DNA from: Schmidtea polychroa
Lineage: Eukaryota
Direction: 5' to 3'
NCBI GenBank assembly: GCA_044892525.1
Contig: CM097885.1
Location: 25,546,001 to 25,610,000, forward strand
Length of the DNA stretch: 64,000 nt
Shown here: positions 14,590 to 24,839 of the stretch, in pieces
Layout of the letters: every line of letters starts with the position of its first letter
How positions within the stretch are numbered: the first letter of the stretch is position 1
Notes under the pieces: generated by a model
What the model was told of the DNA's origin: nothing
The model's input: the letters and a program-made list of their open reading frames with translations, nothing else
Database searches by the model: none
Made by a program: the position numbers and the translations under genes

Positions 14590-15188
14590 CTAATAAGAAT
14601 TCTTTATGGAATAGTCTTTCAACCATTTCTCCCGTTTAATTTTTTTAGAATATTCATTAGTTATAACATTAGCACTTTTTAATCTTATAACCTCATTTTT
14701 AATATCTTGTATTATTTGATTTGATTTCATTATTTCATCGTTAGTTATTTCATCGTTATTCCATCTTCCAAAGCTTTTAATTGAAATAAAAATAATTTAG
14801 AGATTCCTAATTCTATTGATAAACAAACTTCACGATATAAACTTTTCTTTTTAGAAGTATAAGATAATGAAACTATTTCAGTTAAGAAACCATCAGCTAC
14901 AGAAATACTTCCAAGTATTACAGGTGCAATTGTTAAAACTGGTAAAGTTATAGGTAAAATAACTGTTAATATTGCAGATGTAAATCCTAAAGAATAACCT
15001 ACAACTTTTAAAACTGTATTCCCTTTATTCCATCTATTTTTAATTTTTTTATAATGCTTTAATAAATCTTGTAAATGTAAGGTTTCTGATTTAAATTCTT
15101 TTACTCTCATAATTTCAAGTTCTGTGGGAGCCGAGGGATATCCTGATGATCTCAATTCTGGATAAATTTTTTCTTCTCTTACTTCCAT
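14590..15188 (-). pseudogene. Polinton coiled-coil/transmembrane protein with YPEL and PSAP motifs; 3' frameshift
   Basis: Hydrophobic hairpin plus KALEDG motif; intact 192-aa homologue at 57827-58405. Confidence 0.75.
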
Positions 15189-15196
15189 TTTAATAA

Positions 15197-16153
15197 TTAA
15201 AAAAATAAGACTTTATTATCTGGTACTAATGCTCGCATTTCATAATAACCTTGTGTTGAGAGAATGTCTTTATATAATTCCATCAATGCTTTATGAACCT
15301 CATCAACATCAACCTTTTTTTCATAAAATATTAAATCTATATATTGTACAAGTGTGCTTTTAAAAATAATATTCTTACTTTTAGTTTTATGTGGATTAGT
15401 TTTACCTGAATGAGTTTTACCACGCCAATATCCATGTGTTAAATCATAACCAGTAATTATAACATCACACTTTTCAAGCTTTCTATTATAATTACTATTC
15501 ACAAACCATTTCATTGTTTCACCATCATCATCAAATAAAAGGAAATAAAGATCAATAATCTTTACAACCATAAAAACACTCCAATTTTTACTATTTGTTG
15601 TTATTGAAGTTGGTTCTATAAAATGTTTATATGTATGGGGTAATAATGTTTTATTCTGTTCTAATTCAGCAGCTCTTTTTCTAATACTATGTGTGGTGTT
15701 AATGTGTGTTTCATGAGACTCTAAATTTGAAAGTCTTTTATTAAATGATGTAATCATCTCATTTATTATATTATATATTGTATTAAATTTAGTATTCATA
15801 ATTTGTTTATCTTTAGAATTTAATATGCTAGTATTTAACTTTACAACTTGTTCAGTTAAAAGACTTTGTAACTTGTCAAATTTATCATTAAATTGTTGTT
15901 CGATATTATTAAGCTTTGTTGTTAATGAACTTTCAATTCTTGTTGTTGTTAAATCAATATATTTCTTATTAACTGCATCAAATTCATCAATTGGAGAAGA
16001 TAATTCTTTTATCTTGTGTCCATTTAAATTTAAATCTCCTTTCATTGAATCACCTCTTTCATTAACATATCTCTTTTCTGTAAGAGATATAACATCTTCA
16101 TCTTTTAATCCATCATTATATAATCCCAACTTATTATAATTAGCATAATTCAT
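15197..16153 (-). CDS. Putative virion fibre/spike protein
   Basis: GDSMKGDLNLNGHKIKELSSP..DAVNKKYID resembles tail-fibre/adhesin neck repeats. It is followed by a coiled coil and a C-terminal domain, and lies next to the penton. Confidence 0.65.
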   Translation of the reverse strand: MNYANYNKLGLYNDGLKDEDVISLTEKRYVNERGDSMKGDLNLNGHKIKELSSPIDEFDAVNKKYIDLTTTRIESSLTTKLNNIEQQFNDKFDKLQSLLTEQVVKLNTSILNSKDKQIMNTKFNTIYNIINEMITSFNKRLSNLESHETHINTTHSIRKRAAELEQNKTLLPHTYKHFIEPTSITTNSKNWSVFMVVKIIDLYFLLFDDDGETMKWFVNSNYNRKLEKCDVIITGYDLTHGYWRGKTHSGKTNPHKTKSKNIIFKSTLVQYIDLIFYEKKVDVDEVHKALMELYKDILSTQGYYEMRALVPDNKVLFF

Positions 16154-16171
16154 TTTTATAGTAATAAAAAT

Positions 16172-16948
16172 CTAGACTTGTTTCAAATGTAAACACATTG
16201 AAATCTTTTCTCCATTAAAATTAATTAAATCCCCATTTTCATCAACAATTCTAAAACTAATATCCATTATATTTTTTCTACATAAAGGTAAATAATTTGG
16301 GGGATTCATTCTTTCAACCATTTTATATCCAACTCGCACGGTATTAGAAGGAAAGGAATGTAAAATATTTGCATGTTTACCATTATTGTATGATCCCATT
16401 ATACAATCACACTCTATATTTATAGAATTTGTATTTGTTAATTGTATAATATTTTTAGATTTAATAGGTGAATGGTTGGTGCCATAAGCTCTAGCTTCAA
16501 AACCTAAAATACTATGAATCAAGTAACTAGAAGCAGTAACAGTAAGTCCAACATTTTTTAAAGTTGTAATACATTTTGAAGTTTGAATATCTGCTTTTAT
16601 TTCTACTTCTCCATTTGTTTCTTTTAGAATTGTTTTAGCCAAATCTGCTATTTCATATGATCCTGGTTCGATTGTTATAGTGGTGGATTTAATAACTGAA
16701 AAAGGATCTTTGGATGAAATATCACTCTTAATTATAATAAATTTATTATTATTATTATTTATATTAAAAATAGTATTAAAACAGCTAAACCACAAGAGTC
16801 CTAATTCATAATTTAAATCTTGATCTAAATTTATTGAATCTTCAAAATTTATAGTAAAGTCTGATTCTTTTGAATTTATTAATAAACTTCTTGAATATTT
16901 ATCTGACATTATGTTTACCATTTTTTTTAAATTATCTTCCATTTTCAT
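16172..16948 (-). CDS. Minor capsid protein (penton, single jelly-roll)
   Basis: SDFTINF..I.L...YELGL, IEPGSY, CDCIMGSYNNG..NILHSF and IVDENGDLINFNGE..LHLK patterns typical of Polinton pentons. Confidence 0.88.
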   Translation of the reverse strand: MKMEDNLKKMVNIMSDKYSRSLLINSKESDFTINFEDSINLDQDLNYELGLLWFSCFNTIFNINNNNNKFIIIKSDISSKDPFSVIKSTTITIEPGSYEIADLAKTILKETNGEVEIKADIQTSKCITTLKNVGLTVTASSYLIHSILGFEARAYGTNHSPIKSKNIIQLTNTNSINIECDCIMGSYNNGKHANILHSFPSNTVRVGYKMVERMNPPNYLPLCRKNIMDISFRIVDENGDLINFNGEKISMCLHLKQV

Positions 16949-17403
16949 AGTAGAGATTTTAAATCATTATAAATTTCTTGGATTAAGGAAGTGAAACCTT
17001 CTCCTTTGGAATTATTCAATCTATACAAAACATATAAACTTATAATACCACATATTTTAGTATTATTAGGTTGAACTTGTAAAGAATTAAAAGTATAGTC
17101 CTTCGGGGAACTCTTCGGGGAATCCCTCGAGAGATAGTCTTCAACTTCTTTAGTAGGTTTAATCCCAAAAGAATCAAAGTATATAGATTTATTATATATA
17201 CAAACCCAATGAGATCCTTTTTCATTTGAATTTTGATAATTGATTATTATATTCTTTGGAGTGTCTTTCAGAATCGACAATTCATCATTCATTAATATTT
17301 TTATTTTTAAATTTAAATAACCTGCATAATCTTTTAAATCAAAATTTGTTTTTGCATTTATTCCAAATGTTTTTAAAAAATCTAATATTGAAGAATTAGT
17401 CAT
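16945..17403 (-). CDS. Adenain-like cysteine maturation protease
   Basis: GSHWV, YFDSFG and Q...ICG give the His/Asp/Gln/Cys catalytic motifs. Confidence 0.93.
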   Translation of the reverse strand: MTNSSILDFLKTFGINAKTNFDLKDYAGYLNLKIKILMNDELSILKDTPKNIIINYQNSNEKGSHWVCIYNKSIYFDSFGIKPTKEVEDYLSRDSPKSSPKDYTFNSLQVQPNNTKICGIISLYVLYRLNNSKGEGFTSLIQEIYNDLKSLL

Positions 17404-18274
17404 TTTATATACTTGTTAAATTTATCTTTTGAAATTATTCCTTGTTTTAACAAATCTTTAGAAATCTTTAAAATATCAGAATCTAAATTATTATGTCCTG
17501 CTTTTTTAGCTGCTAATAGTTTTCTTAATTCAATAAAAAGGTTGATGGGATTTCCAACCCTTATACCATCACCTTCTTTAACAATATAACCCCTTTCATT
17601 TTTATCTAAATATTTCTTTAAATCTTGAATATGATTTGCTTTGGGGCTACCACGTATTAATTTTATTAAATTTAAATATTTTTTAATTTCTTCAACATCA
17701 TCTGAAGGATATCCACAAAGTAATCTATAAAAATCATCTGTAAATTCAAAGTCTAAATATTCATTATTATAAACATTTGTGAATGAATACGTGATTTATT
17801 TTCTGAATTTGAATATAAAGTAAAGTTTTGTTTATTAATTGTTATTATTGAATATCCTTCAGAATTAATATGAAATGTGGGTTTAATTGTATCGCTTAAA
17901 CCTTCTCTAATTTTAGGATCAACTTTAAGAGGTTTTGTTTTTAAAAACATTTCTTCTTCTTCCACACCAGAAATTCTTCTACGTTTTCTTTGATTTCTTT
18001 CAGTGAGCTCTGTTGTTTCTTTATCTTCAAACCTTTCAGTGGATTCTTTTCCCTGCCACTCTAGTTCTTTTATTTTTTGTTTTTTATCTTCCAACTCTTT
18101 AAATTTTGCTTGCACATTTAAATCTTTTATAGCTTTAATTGTTGGTCCTTGTTGTTGTTGGATTACCTCATTTAATATTATTGATTCAGCATGTTGAGTT
18201 ATATCTTTTTTATTATACTTGATTTGTTCAGATTGTAATTTTTTTAAAAGTGCTAATCTTTCTTCATATACCAT
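17404..18274 (-). pseudogene. Conserved Polinton core-like protein, frameshifted near 17755
   Basis: Homologous to intact 60654-61493, sharing the N-terminus MVYEERLALL and the C-terminus ELRKLLAAKKAGHNN in another frame. Confidence 0.75.
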
Positions 18275-18284
18275 TTTAATGGTA

Positions 18285-18863
18285 TCATGGTTCGAAGGGT
18301 TTCAAGTACAAACCTTTACCATTTTTAAGTTTACAGGTGCACCCATTTTTTAAGAACTTACACATTATTTTAAAATCATCTTTATCTTTTGAAGATAAAG
18401 ATTCAGATGATGAAATTTGATTTTTTAAAAAATCATTTAAACCCCGGCCTTTATAAGGATCAAGATAAAGCCCCTTTCCCCTGGAGGAACTCCCCTCATA
18501 AGGATCAAGATAGAGACCCTTTCCCTCATATGGATTAAGATAAAGTCCTTTCCCCTTAGCTTGCCCTACCTTTTTCATTGAATCGATTTCAGTTTGTAGT
18601 TTTTCTTTTTCTAAGTCTGTTTTTTGAGATTCTTTAGATTTTTGAACTGTAGTTGCAATTCCTCCAGCTATTCCAGCAGCACCTGATAAACCAGCAATGA
18701 TTGCAGGTATTAAAGCAGCTAATGGAAGAATGCCACCTTCTTTAAGTTTTTCTTTAACTTGTTCTTTTACTTGTTTTCCAATAAAATATTTTTTACCATC
18801 AATTACAACTGATTTATTTTTATTTGAATTTATTAATTCTTGTAAAGATTCTTCAGTTGTCAT
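18285..18863 (-). CDS. Adenovirus pX-like membrane-active core protein with repeated GKGLYLxP motifs
   Basis: EGGILPLAALIPAIIAGLSGAAGIAGG resembles the adenoviral pX GG^ILPLLIP segment. Four GKGLYLxP(Y/F) repeats follow. Confidence 0.75.
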   Translation of the reverse strand: MTTEESLQELINSNKNKSVVIDGKKYFIGKQVKEQVKEKLKEGGILPLAALIPAIIAGLSGAAGIAGGIATTVQKSKESQKTDLEKEKLQTEIDSMKKVGQAKGKGLYLNPYEGKGLYLDPYEGSSSRGKGLYLDPYKGRGLNDFLKNQISSSESLSSKDKDDFKIMCKFLKNGCTCKLKNGKGLYLKPFEP

Positions 18864-18878
18864 TTTAAAATAAATAAA

Positions 18879-19668
18879 ATGGATATTTGGAAACCAATTT
18901 TAAATAGACATAAATCTAAATTTAATAATAAAGTATTTCCTGATAATTTTAGATTATTAATTGTTGGTTCTTCTGGATGCGGAAAGAATGTACTTGTTTT
19001 GAAAATGTTGCTTGAAGATGGTTTTTTAGATTATAATAATTTAATCTTTTATTCTACAACTATAAATCAACCAGAATTACAACTTTTGAAATGTGGATTT
19101 GAAAATAAATTAACTAAAAAAGCAATAATTGATATTTTTAAAAATCAACATAGATGTCCTGAAGAAGTTTTTCAACCTTGTGATATAGTTGATTGGTATA
19201 AGGAAAAGATTTTAGAATCAGATATTAATAATAAAAATGATTACATCTGTGAAGACCAGGGGCAAGCAATTCAAGTTTTATTCTCTAATAAACCTGAAGA
19301 TGTTTTACATTGTGATTTACTTCCTAAAGATAAAAAGAATCTAGTTATATTTGATGATGTTGTTAACATGAAAAATCAAGAGATTCAAGAGTTACTTTAC
19401 AAGAGGAAGACATAATAATTGTAATGTTATTTATATATCTCAAACTTATTATGCTTTAGATAAAAACTCTATAAGAAATAATTCTAATTGTTTTATATTT
19501 TTTAAATTAGATCGCCGTGATAAGAATATGATTTATAATGATTTATTTTCAAATGTTGAACCCGATAAGAATATGTTTGATATGTTTGTTGATAATCATT
19601 GGAAAGAAAAATATAATTATATTTATTTGGATAGAGAAGAAGCTGAAATATGGAAAAGTTTGTTTTAG
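18879..19668 (+). CDS. A32/FtsK-like genome packaging ATPase, needing a +1 frameshift near 19395
   Basis: Walker A GSSGCGKN and Walker B LVIFDD. The +1 frame continues FTRGRHNNCNVIYISQ...IRNN...WKSLF* to 19668. Confidence 0.92.
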
Positions 19669-19763
19669 GAGCCTTTGGCTCCCACAAAGTTAAAGGGTTA
19701 TTAATTTAAAAGCTTGATTTCTATAATTCCTTTTGAATCTATAATTCCCTTTGAATCTTTATT

Positions 19764-21199
19764 TTAGAAATCTGTTTTCTGTAGTTCGTTATTATAAAAT
19801 CTACCTACTATTTTTTCATTATTTAAATCAATGATGCTATATGTTATTGCAGTTGTATAATGTATTTTAGTTATAATAAAAATTTCATTTGTCCATTTTG
19901 CTGTGAATCCTTTTTCAAATTTATTTTTATATTTAAATATTCTTACTCGGTCACCAATTTTAAATTTTGGTTTTTCAATATTTACCACTCTAATTCCTTT
20001 GGAATCCATAATTCTTTCAGGAAATAAAGAAGCATTTAAAGGTGTTGATTTTATAGAACTATGTACATCATTATTATATTCATTTACAATCTTTTGTAAC
20101 AATTCATTGTTCCATTTTTGTTTTCCAATAGCAGTAAAATATTTCCACATTTTATTTTTTAATGTTCTATTTAATCTTTCAACCACAACTGCTTTTCCTT
20201 CGTTTTCTGTTGAATATAATTTAATATCATTTTCATTTAAAAACTTTGTAAAAACTTTGTTATAAAATTCTGTTCCTTTATCACACCATAAATATTTTGG
20301 AATTCTTTGATGTTCTTCAAATATATTTTCAAATGCTTCTGTAATGGAATATCCTGTTTTATTTTCTAAACATCTTGCAAAAGCAAATCTTGTATATAAA
20401 TCTATTACAGTTAAAATTATTTTATATTTTTCAGGGTCTGATGATTTGGTTGGCATAAAGACTAAATCGGCAGACCATGTTTGATCTTTTTCATGTACTT
20501 GAACTTTTAAATATTTTTTATTTTTTCTAAATTCATGGTGTAATTCGTTGACATATTTTATTTGTGATTCTGTTGGGGTTTGTAAATTTGTAGAATCAGT
20601 CTTGGATATATTCTCAAGGGATCTTTCAGCGTCTGCTTGTTCAATAATCTTTTTATTAGCAATATCTTTTGCTTTCCTAGCAAGTCCTGCACCTATGAAA
20701 ATCTTACCTTTCATTGCTAATTTAACTAGAGCTCTTTGAATCTTTTCTTGGGTTGATGGATTTTGGATATTATTTAAATCATGTATTAAATTCACATCTG
20801 CAACATGCCTATCTCTAAGATTTTCTGAATTGTAAGCAATATCATGTTTTAAAGCTGCTTGGTCGATTCTATTTATTGGCTCTTCTCCTTGTTTGGGATT
20901 ATTATTTTCATCTAATCTAATATCTAATCTTGTTCCTGGTCCAGTATAATTGTGTTTAAATAAATGTCTTTCACCTGGATATTTTTCTGTAGTAAAAAGT
21001 TTTAATATTGAAGATGTTGTTTTTGAAGATTGTAGATCGCCTCCTTCAAAAGCAAATCTACTTGAAGGATTGGGTTCTAACCAAGAATTAGTATTTGATC
21101 CAAGTATGTTTTTTTAGTTTTTAAATGATTTGCTTTGTGATGTTTTGTAACTTGACAATTACAAGTTTCACATCTCCAATAGCGAATCGATGGAGACAT
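19764..21199 (-). CDS. Zinc finger (frameshifted) - parvovirus-type PLA2 - retroviral-like (rve) integrase polyprotein
   Basis: The frame is open from 21113 to 19764: HNYTGPGT...PINRIDQAALKHDIAY, then DDE motifs WSADL, WCDKGTEF and VERLNRTLK. An upstream ATG at 21199 encodes CETC..H.KTKK in another frame, joined at an A7 run. Confidence 0.9.
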
Positions 21200-21214
21200 T
21201 TTATTTAGATATTT

Positions 21215-22499
21215 TTAAGAATCTCCCCTAACATTTTCGATTATTGAAATCTTTCCACCATATAATTTCATTTCTATTTTCTTTTCTTCTAATATTAATG
21301 TATATACTTTAGCTTTAAAATTAGAATCCTTTGTTACATGAAGTGTAACATCAACATTATTTATAGCTAGGCGATCATCTTGGTCTGAAACATTTATACA
21401 AAATATAGAATATAAATTTTTGAAATCTTCTAAACTTAATTGCGGTTCAACTTTGAAATCATAACATGTTTCAATATAATTTAGATATGGGAATATGTTT
21501 TCATTATTTTCAATATTAAATTCCATTCTATTTATTGGATAATAAGAACTATTTAATTGAATTTGGATTGTTTTTAAATTATCATTTCCAATCATTTGAA
21601 TAAATAGATTGTTATTTTTTTGGAAAGATGAATCTACTTCTTTGAATCCAATCAAGATATATCTTGGTCGGTATGCTAAATTTGCTACCTTTATAGAATA
21701 TGTTGAACCCTCTGTCATACTAAATTCACTACAGATTCTATTTAAATAATTTACATTTAGACTTGTTGGAATTTAATCTTTCAAGGAGTTTGATTTCAGA
21801 ATGTGGGTTTAATGTCCATTCAGGTATATGCAATTCAAGTGTTGATAATTTTAATTTAGCTTTTGTATCTGCAGCTCCATAGAACAATCTTTTATCACCT
21901 TCTAGTCTATTACAAACTAATTCTATAAAAACATTATGAAGTATACGGTTATAATTTTGAAGGAATCCAAAAAAGTGTTTTAATTCAAAATAACCTTCAA
22001 ATTTTTTAGATTTATAAAGTTCAACTCTTTTATGGTAACCATGGTTTACATCTAAACCATCTTTATCTAAATCTCCTTTATTAGTATCAGGAATCCAACC
22101 CGTTAATTCACCATATTCATTTTTATAATCACAACCAGTTAAAATAAAATTTAACATTGTAGAATATACTCCTGGATGTAAAACAGTTTCAATTTCTGAT
22201 GATCCTAGTTTTAATCTCATGTTGGAGAATAAATTTGGAAAGAAATTATTTTCTAGAGTTATATCTTTGTTTGCTTCAATTTCTAATTCAATTTTATAAT
22301 ATAATTTAGCATTACAAATATCTATTGGGTTTGATGTTTGAAGAGATTGAAAAACTATATCACACCTACGATTTAAGTTTGCAATAGATCCTGAAGTTGG
22401 CGAGATTTTTAAAATATCTTTTTTCTTGATTTCATGAGTAAATTCTTTATTCTAATCAAGATTTAATTTATTTTTTTCTTGAATTTTTATATTATTCAT
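21215..22499 (-). pseudogene. Major capsid protein (double jelly-roll), one stop plus one frameshift
   Basis: About 430 codons from ATG 22499. Motifs TLENNFFPNLFS.MRLKLG..EIE, LKHFFGF, RPRYILIGF, QLNS.YYP and YSIFCINVS. TAG at 22452-22454 and a frameshift near 21760. Confidence 0.85.
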
Positions 22500-22547
22500 T
22501 TTTATATATTAAAATTAATATACCCAATAAAAAAAAATATTTATAAA

Positions 22548-22790
22548 ATGATTGACTTAATTGAAAGAATGAGAAATGAATTGAATGAAGTTAAACATAA
22601 GAGAATGAAAAGAAGAGAAGAAGAACCATTAGAATAAATCAAAGAGTTGATGGTAGAGAATGAAAAGTATCGACATTTTTACATGAAAGCTGTAGAAGTT
22701 GCTGAGATAAGGTTAAAGAAAATGAAACAATTACAGGAAAGAGTTAAAGAACTTGAATCGATTATTTATAGTCTAAAAAAATGAGAAAAA
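22548..22790 (+). pseudogene. Small coiled-coil protein with internal stop
   Basis: MIDLIERMRNELNEVKHK...LE*IKELMVENEK...LQERVKELES. Preceded by the same CCAATAAAAA motif as pPolB. Confidence 0.5.
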
Positions 22791-22794
22791 TCCA

Positions 22795-22877
22795 AACCTA
22801 GATAGCGCAGTGGGTTAGACTGGCACAGTGGTTCAAATGGATAGTGGTTCAAATCCCATCTGAGGTTAGGTTTTTTT
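22795..22877 (+). ncRNA. Candidate Pol III small RNA 1 (tRNA-like promoter)
   Basis: A box TAGCGCAGTGG at 22803-22813, B box GGTTCAAATCC at 22846-22856 and T7 terminator at 22871-22877. An inverted copy lies at about 53103-53185. Confidence 0.65.
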
Positions 22878-23007
22878 CAACATAAAATAATATTAAAAAT
22901 TTGAAAATAATAGTGTGGGTATCTTAGATTTATAAAGTAGTTGTATATTTTATTTTATTTATTTTATTTTAATTTTTAAACATAAATATGAAAAAAAAAT
23001 TATTGAA

Positions 23008-23304
23008 ACGGGTGTGATGGCGAACCGGTAATTATCGCCACCAGTCTTTCAAACACCCCCGGATCGATTCTATAATGTGCACATTTATTTCTCGGTTGTT
23101 TTCGGACCTCTTTAGAATTCACTTTCGAATTCATTTGTACTTTCGAGCAGCACGCTTATTATCGAATTGATTCTGATGTATGAGTCTGGCCAGCTTGTAT
23201 ATTGGAAGAGATTTGATAAACGAAAGAGGTTGAAATGATCCGGATCAAAAAACTGTTGAGAGGACAGTGAAAAAAAAATACCACTGTCCTCTCAGAGCAG
23301 TTTT
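23008..23304 (+). ncRNA. Candidate Pol III structured RNA 2
   Basis: A-box-like TGGCGAACCGG at 23018-23028 and B-box-like GGATCGATTC at 23061-23070. Nested stems and a terminal 12-13 bp hairpin followed by TTTT. An inverted copy lies at about 52588-52950. Confidence 0.55.
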
Positions 23305-23396
23305 ACTATTTCATAAAATTTTTTTATTCTTCAAGACATCAAGATTAAGATTTATTTTATATTTATAATTTTATTCAACTCAGTTAACATTCTGCT

Positions 23397-23668
23397 CAGT
23401 TAACAATTTGCTAACTTGGCAGCTTGCCAACACAATACTATAAGTGCCTCCTGAACATAACCCCCTGGTAGTTTGCGAGAGCCCGTTCTTGGTCGTTTTC
23501 TTTCTGTTTATAGGCTTAAAGTGAAAACCCTTGGCTTTTGTGTTGAAAAATAGAAGGTCTAAAAGGGTTAAAAGTGTAAAAATTTGGGGTTGTTATTACA
23601 ATAAGTTAAGAGTTTGGAGGTCGCTAAAACTGAGGGGTTGTGTTCGGGAGGGTCTTATATCCACTACT
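23397..23668 (-). repeat. Right terminal inverted repeat of element A
   Basis: Reverse complement of 8310-8603; ends ...CCACTACT followed by the TSD. Confidence 0.93.
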
Positions 23669-24077
23669 ATTACACGTTGGTGATGCACACATGGGTTGGA
23701 GTTGGTTAACAGGTGAGCCCCTACCTTAGGACTACTATTAACCCACTCACGGTTCGGGTTCTAAGGTGCCATGGAAGGTCTTACCCACACTCTCCTACAT
23801 AACTCGGTTCGACCCTGGTCCAAGGAGACGACCTTTATCTATTGGCGTACATTCAAATTAAGCATTCAATTCATACCAATCACATAGCAACTCATACAAA
23901 TAACGCACTTGACACAACGAAAATTATATTGATGTAAATAAAATATACTGTACAACAGTTAATACGTTAAGAAGACGATAGACAGGTGATCATGCAATAC
24001 AATTCCGTAGAAAATATCATAGATCATCACGATGTTCACTCAAAAATGAAAGCGATCGAGACCGGTGGCAAGTCTAA

Positions 24078-24839
24078 TTACTGGAACACTTCTCCTTCGG
24101 CGATCATTTCGTCAATGTCAATGGGTAGCCGACGGTCTTCAAGAAATTTTTTACTATTGGCTGGGACTACTTGGAACACTTCTTTTGTTGGGATGGAATG
24201 GGTAGTTGAAATTTCCTTGATAGTCGATTGAGCTACGGATAACGAAGCTTCGAGCGCGGCCATAGCGTTCCTGCGCTTCTGATTTTTCTCAGAGCGCGTT
24301 GGCCTCTTGCGCTTTCGATGTGGCATTGTGGCTTCTGCTGAAGGCTGCGCGGTGTGTGACACGATGATCGGAGCCAAGATAGGGTCCGATGGGCCGCCTG
24401 CCATAGGCATATAGCCTGAGAGAACTGGGCCGGGGATTGGTGGCAAATGCAGGCCATGCCCCTTACAACCAGTTGTTGATGGCTCAGAAGATTGGTGGTG
24501 CACTGGGAACACGTTAGTCCCATCTTGTATCGGATATTCCCGAACTCGCTTCGCTATCTCTGATTCGGAATACATTTTATGAAGTGCCTCTGACTGGGCT
24601 TTTATGGTTAGCCTCTGGCACCTACTCTCTTCTAGGAGATTGTCACGGCAGTGCTCCAGACGTAAAATCTTGCTCTTCTCTTCCTTCATTTATGGCGTGG
24701 AGAACCACGTTCCTTCATAGAGGTCAATTCTCTTTTTTAATTCCCCGATGTACAGATGAAGCTGCGCGATATTTGCATTTTTATCGGCGCAGGAGAAACA
24801 CGGGCGAAGATTTTTTCCAGAATTGGTGGGAGTAGTCAT
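24078..24839 (-). pseudogene. Orphan CxxC/coiled-coil/basic protein, copy 1 (one in-frame stop)
   Basis: ATG 24839 gives MTTPTNSGKNLRPCFSCADKN...EGTWFSTP*MKEEK, in frame with the 203-aa ORF; paralogous to 26548-27305. Confidence 0.65.

Larger units (their letters stand above)
8310..23668 (+). mobile_element. Polinton/Maverick (adintovirus-like) element A, full length about 15.4 kb, partly pseudogenised
   Basis: Termini are AGTAGTGGATATAAGACCC and GGGTCTTATATCCACTACT. ATTACA occurs at 8304-8309 and 23669-23674 (6-bp TSD). Encodes pPolB, integrase, ATPase, protease, penton and major capsid. Confidence 0.97.

Noticed and set aside
9117..20739. Antisense ORFs over Polinton genes (for example 9117, 12469, 15825, 19903)
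   Set aside because: Shadow ORFs of AT-biased coding strands with no independent signals.
21105..21120. Programmed -1 frameshift joining the zinc finger to PLA2
   Set aside because: The A7 run is not in canonical X XXY YYZ phase and only one copy is visible; a homopolymer error or mutation is simpler.
22795..22870. Canonical tRNA gene
   Set aside because: A and B boxes are present, but there is no proper anticodon arm and the T-stem is imperfect; kept only as a Pol III ncRNA candidate.
23008..23240. 7SL/Alu-like start or hammerhead ribozyme in unit 2
   Set aside because: The resemblance to the Alu 5' end is short, and CTGATGT does not match the CUGANGA core.
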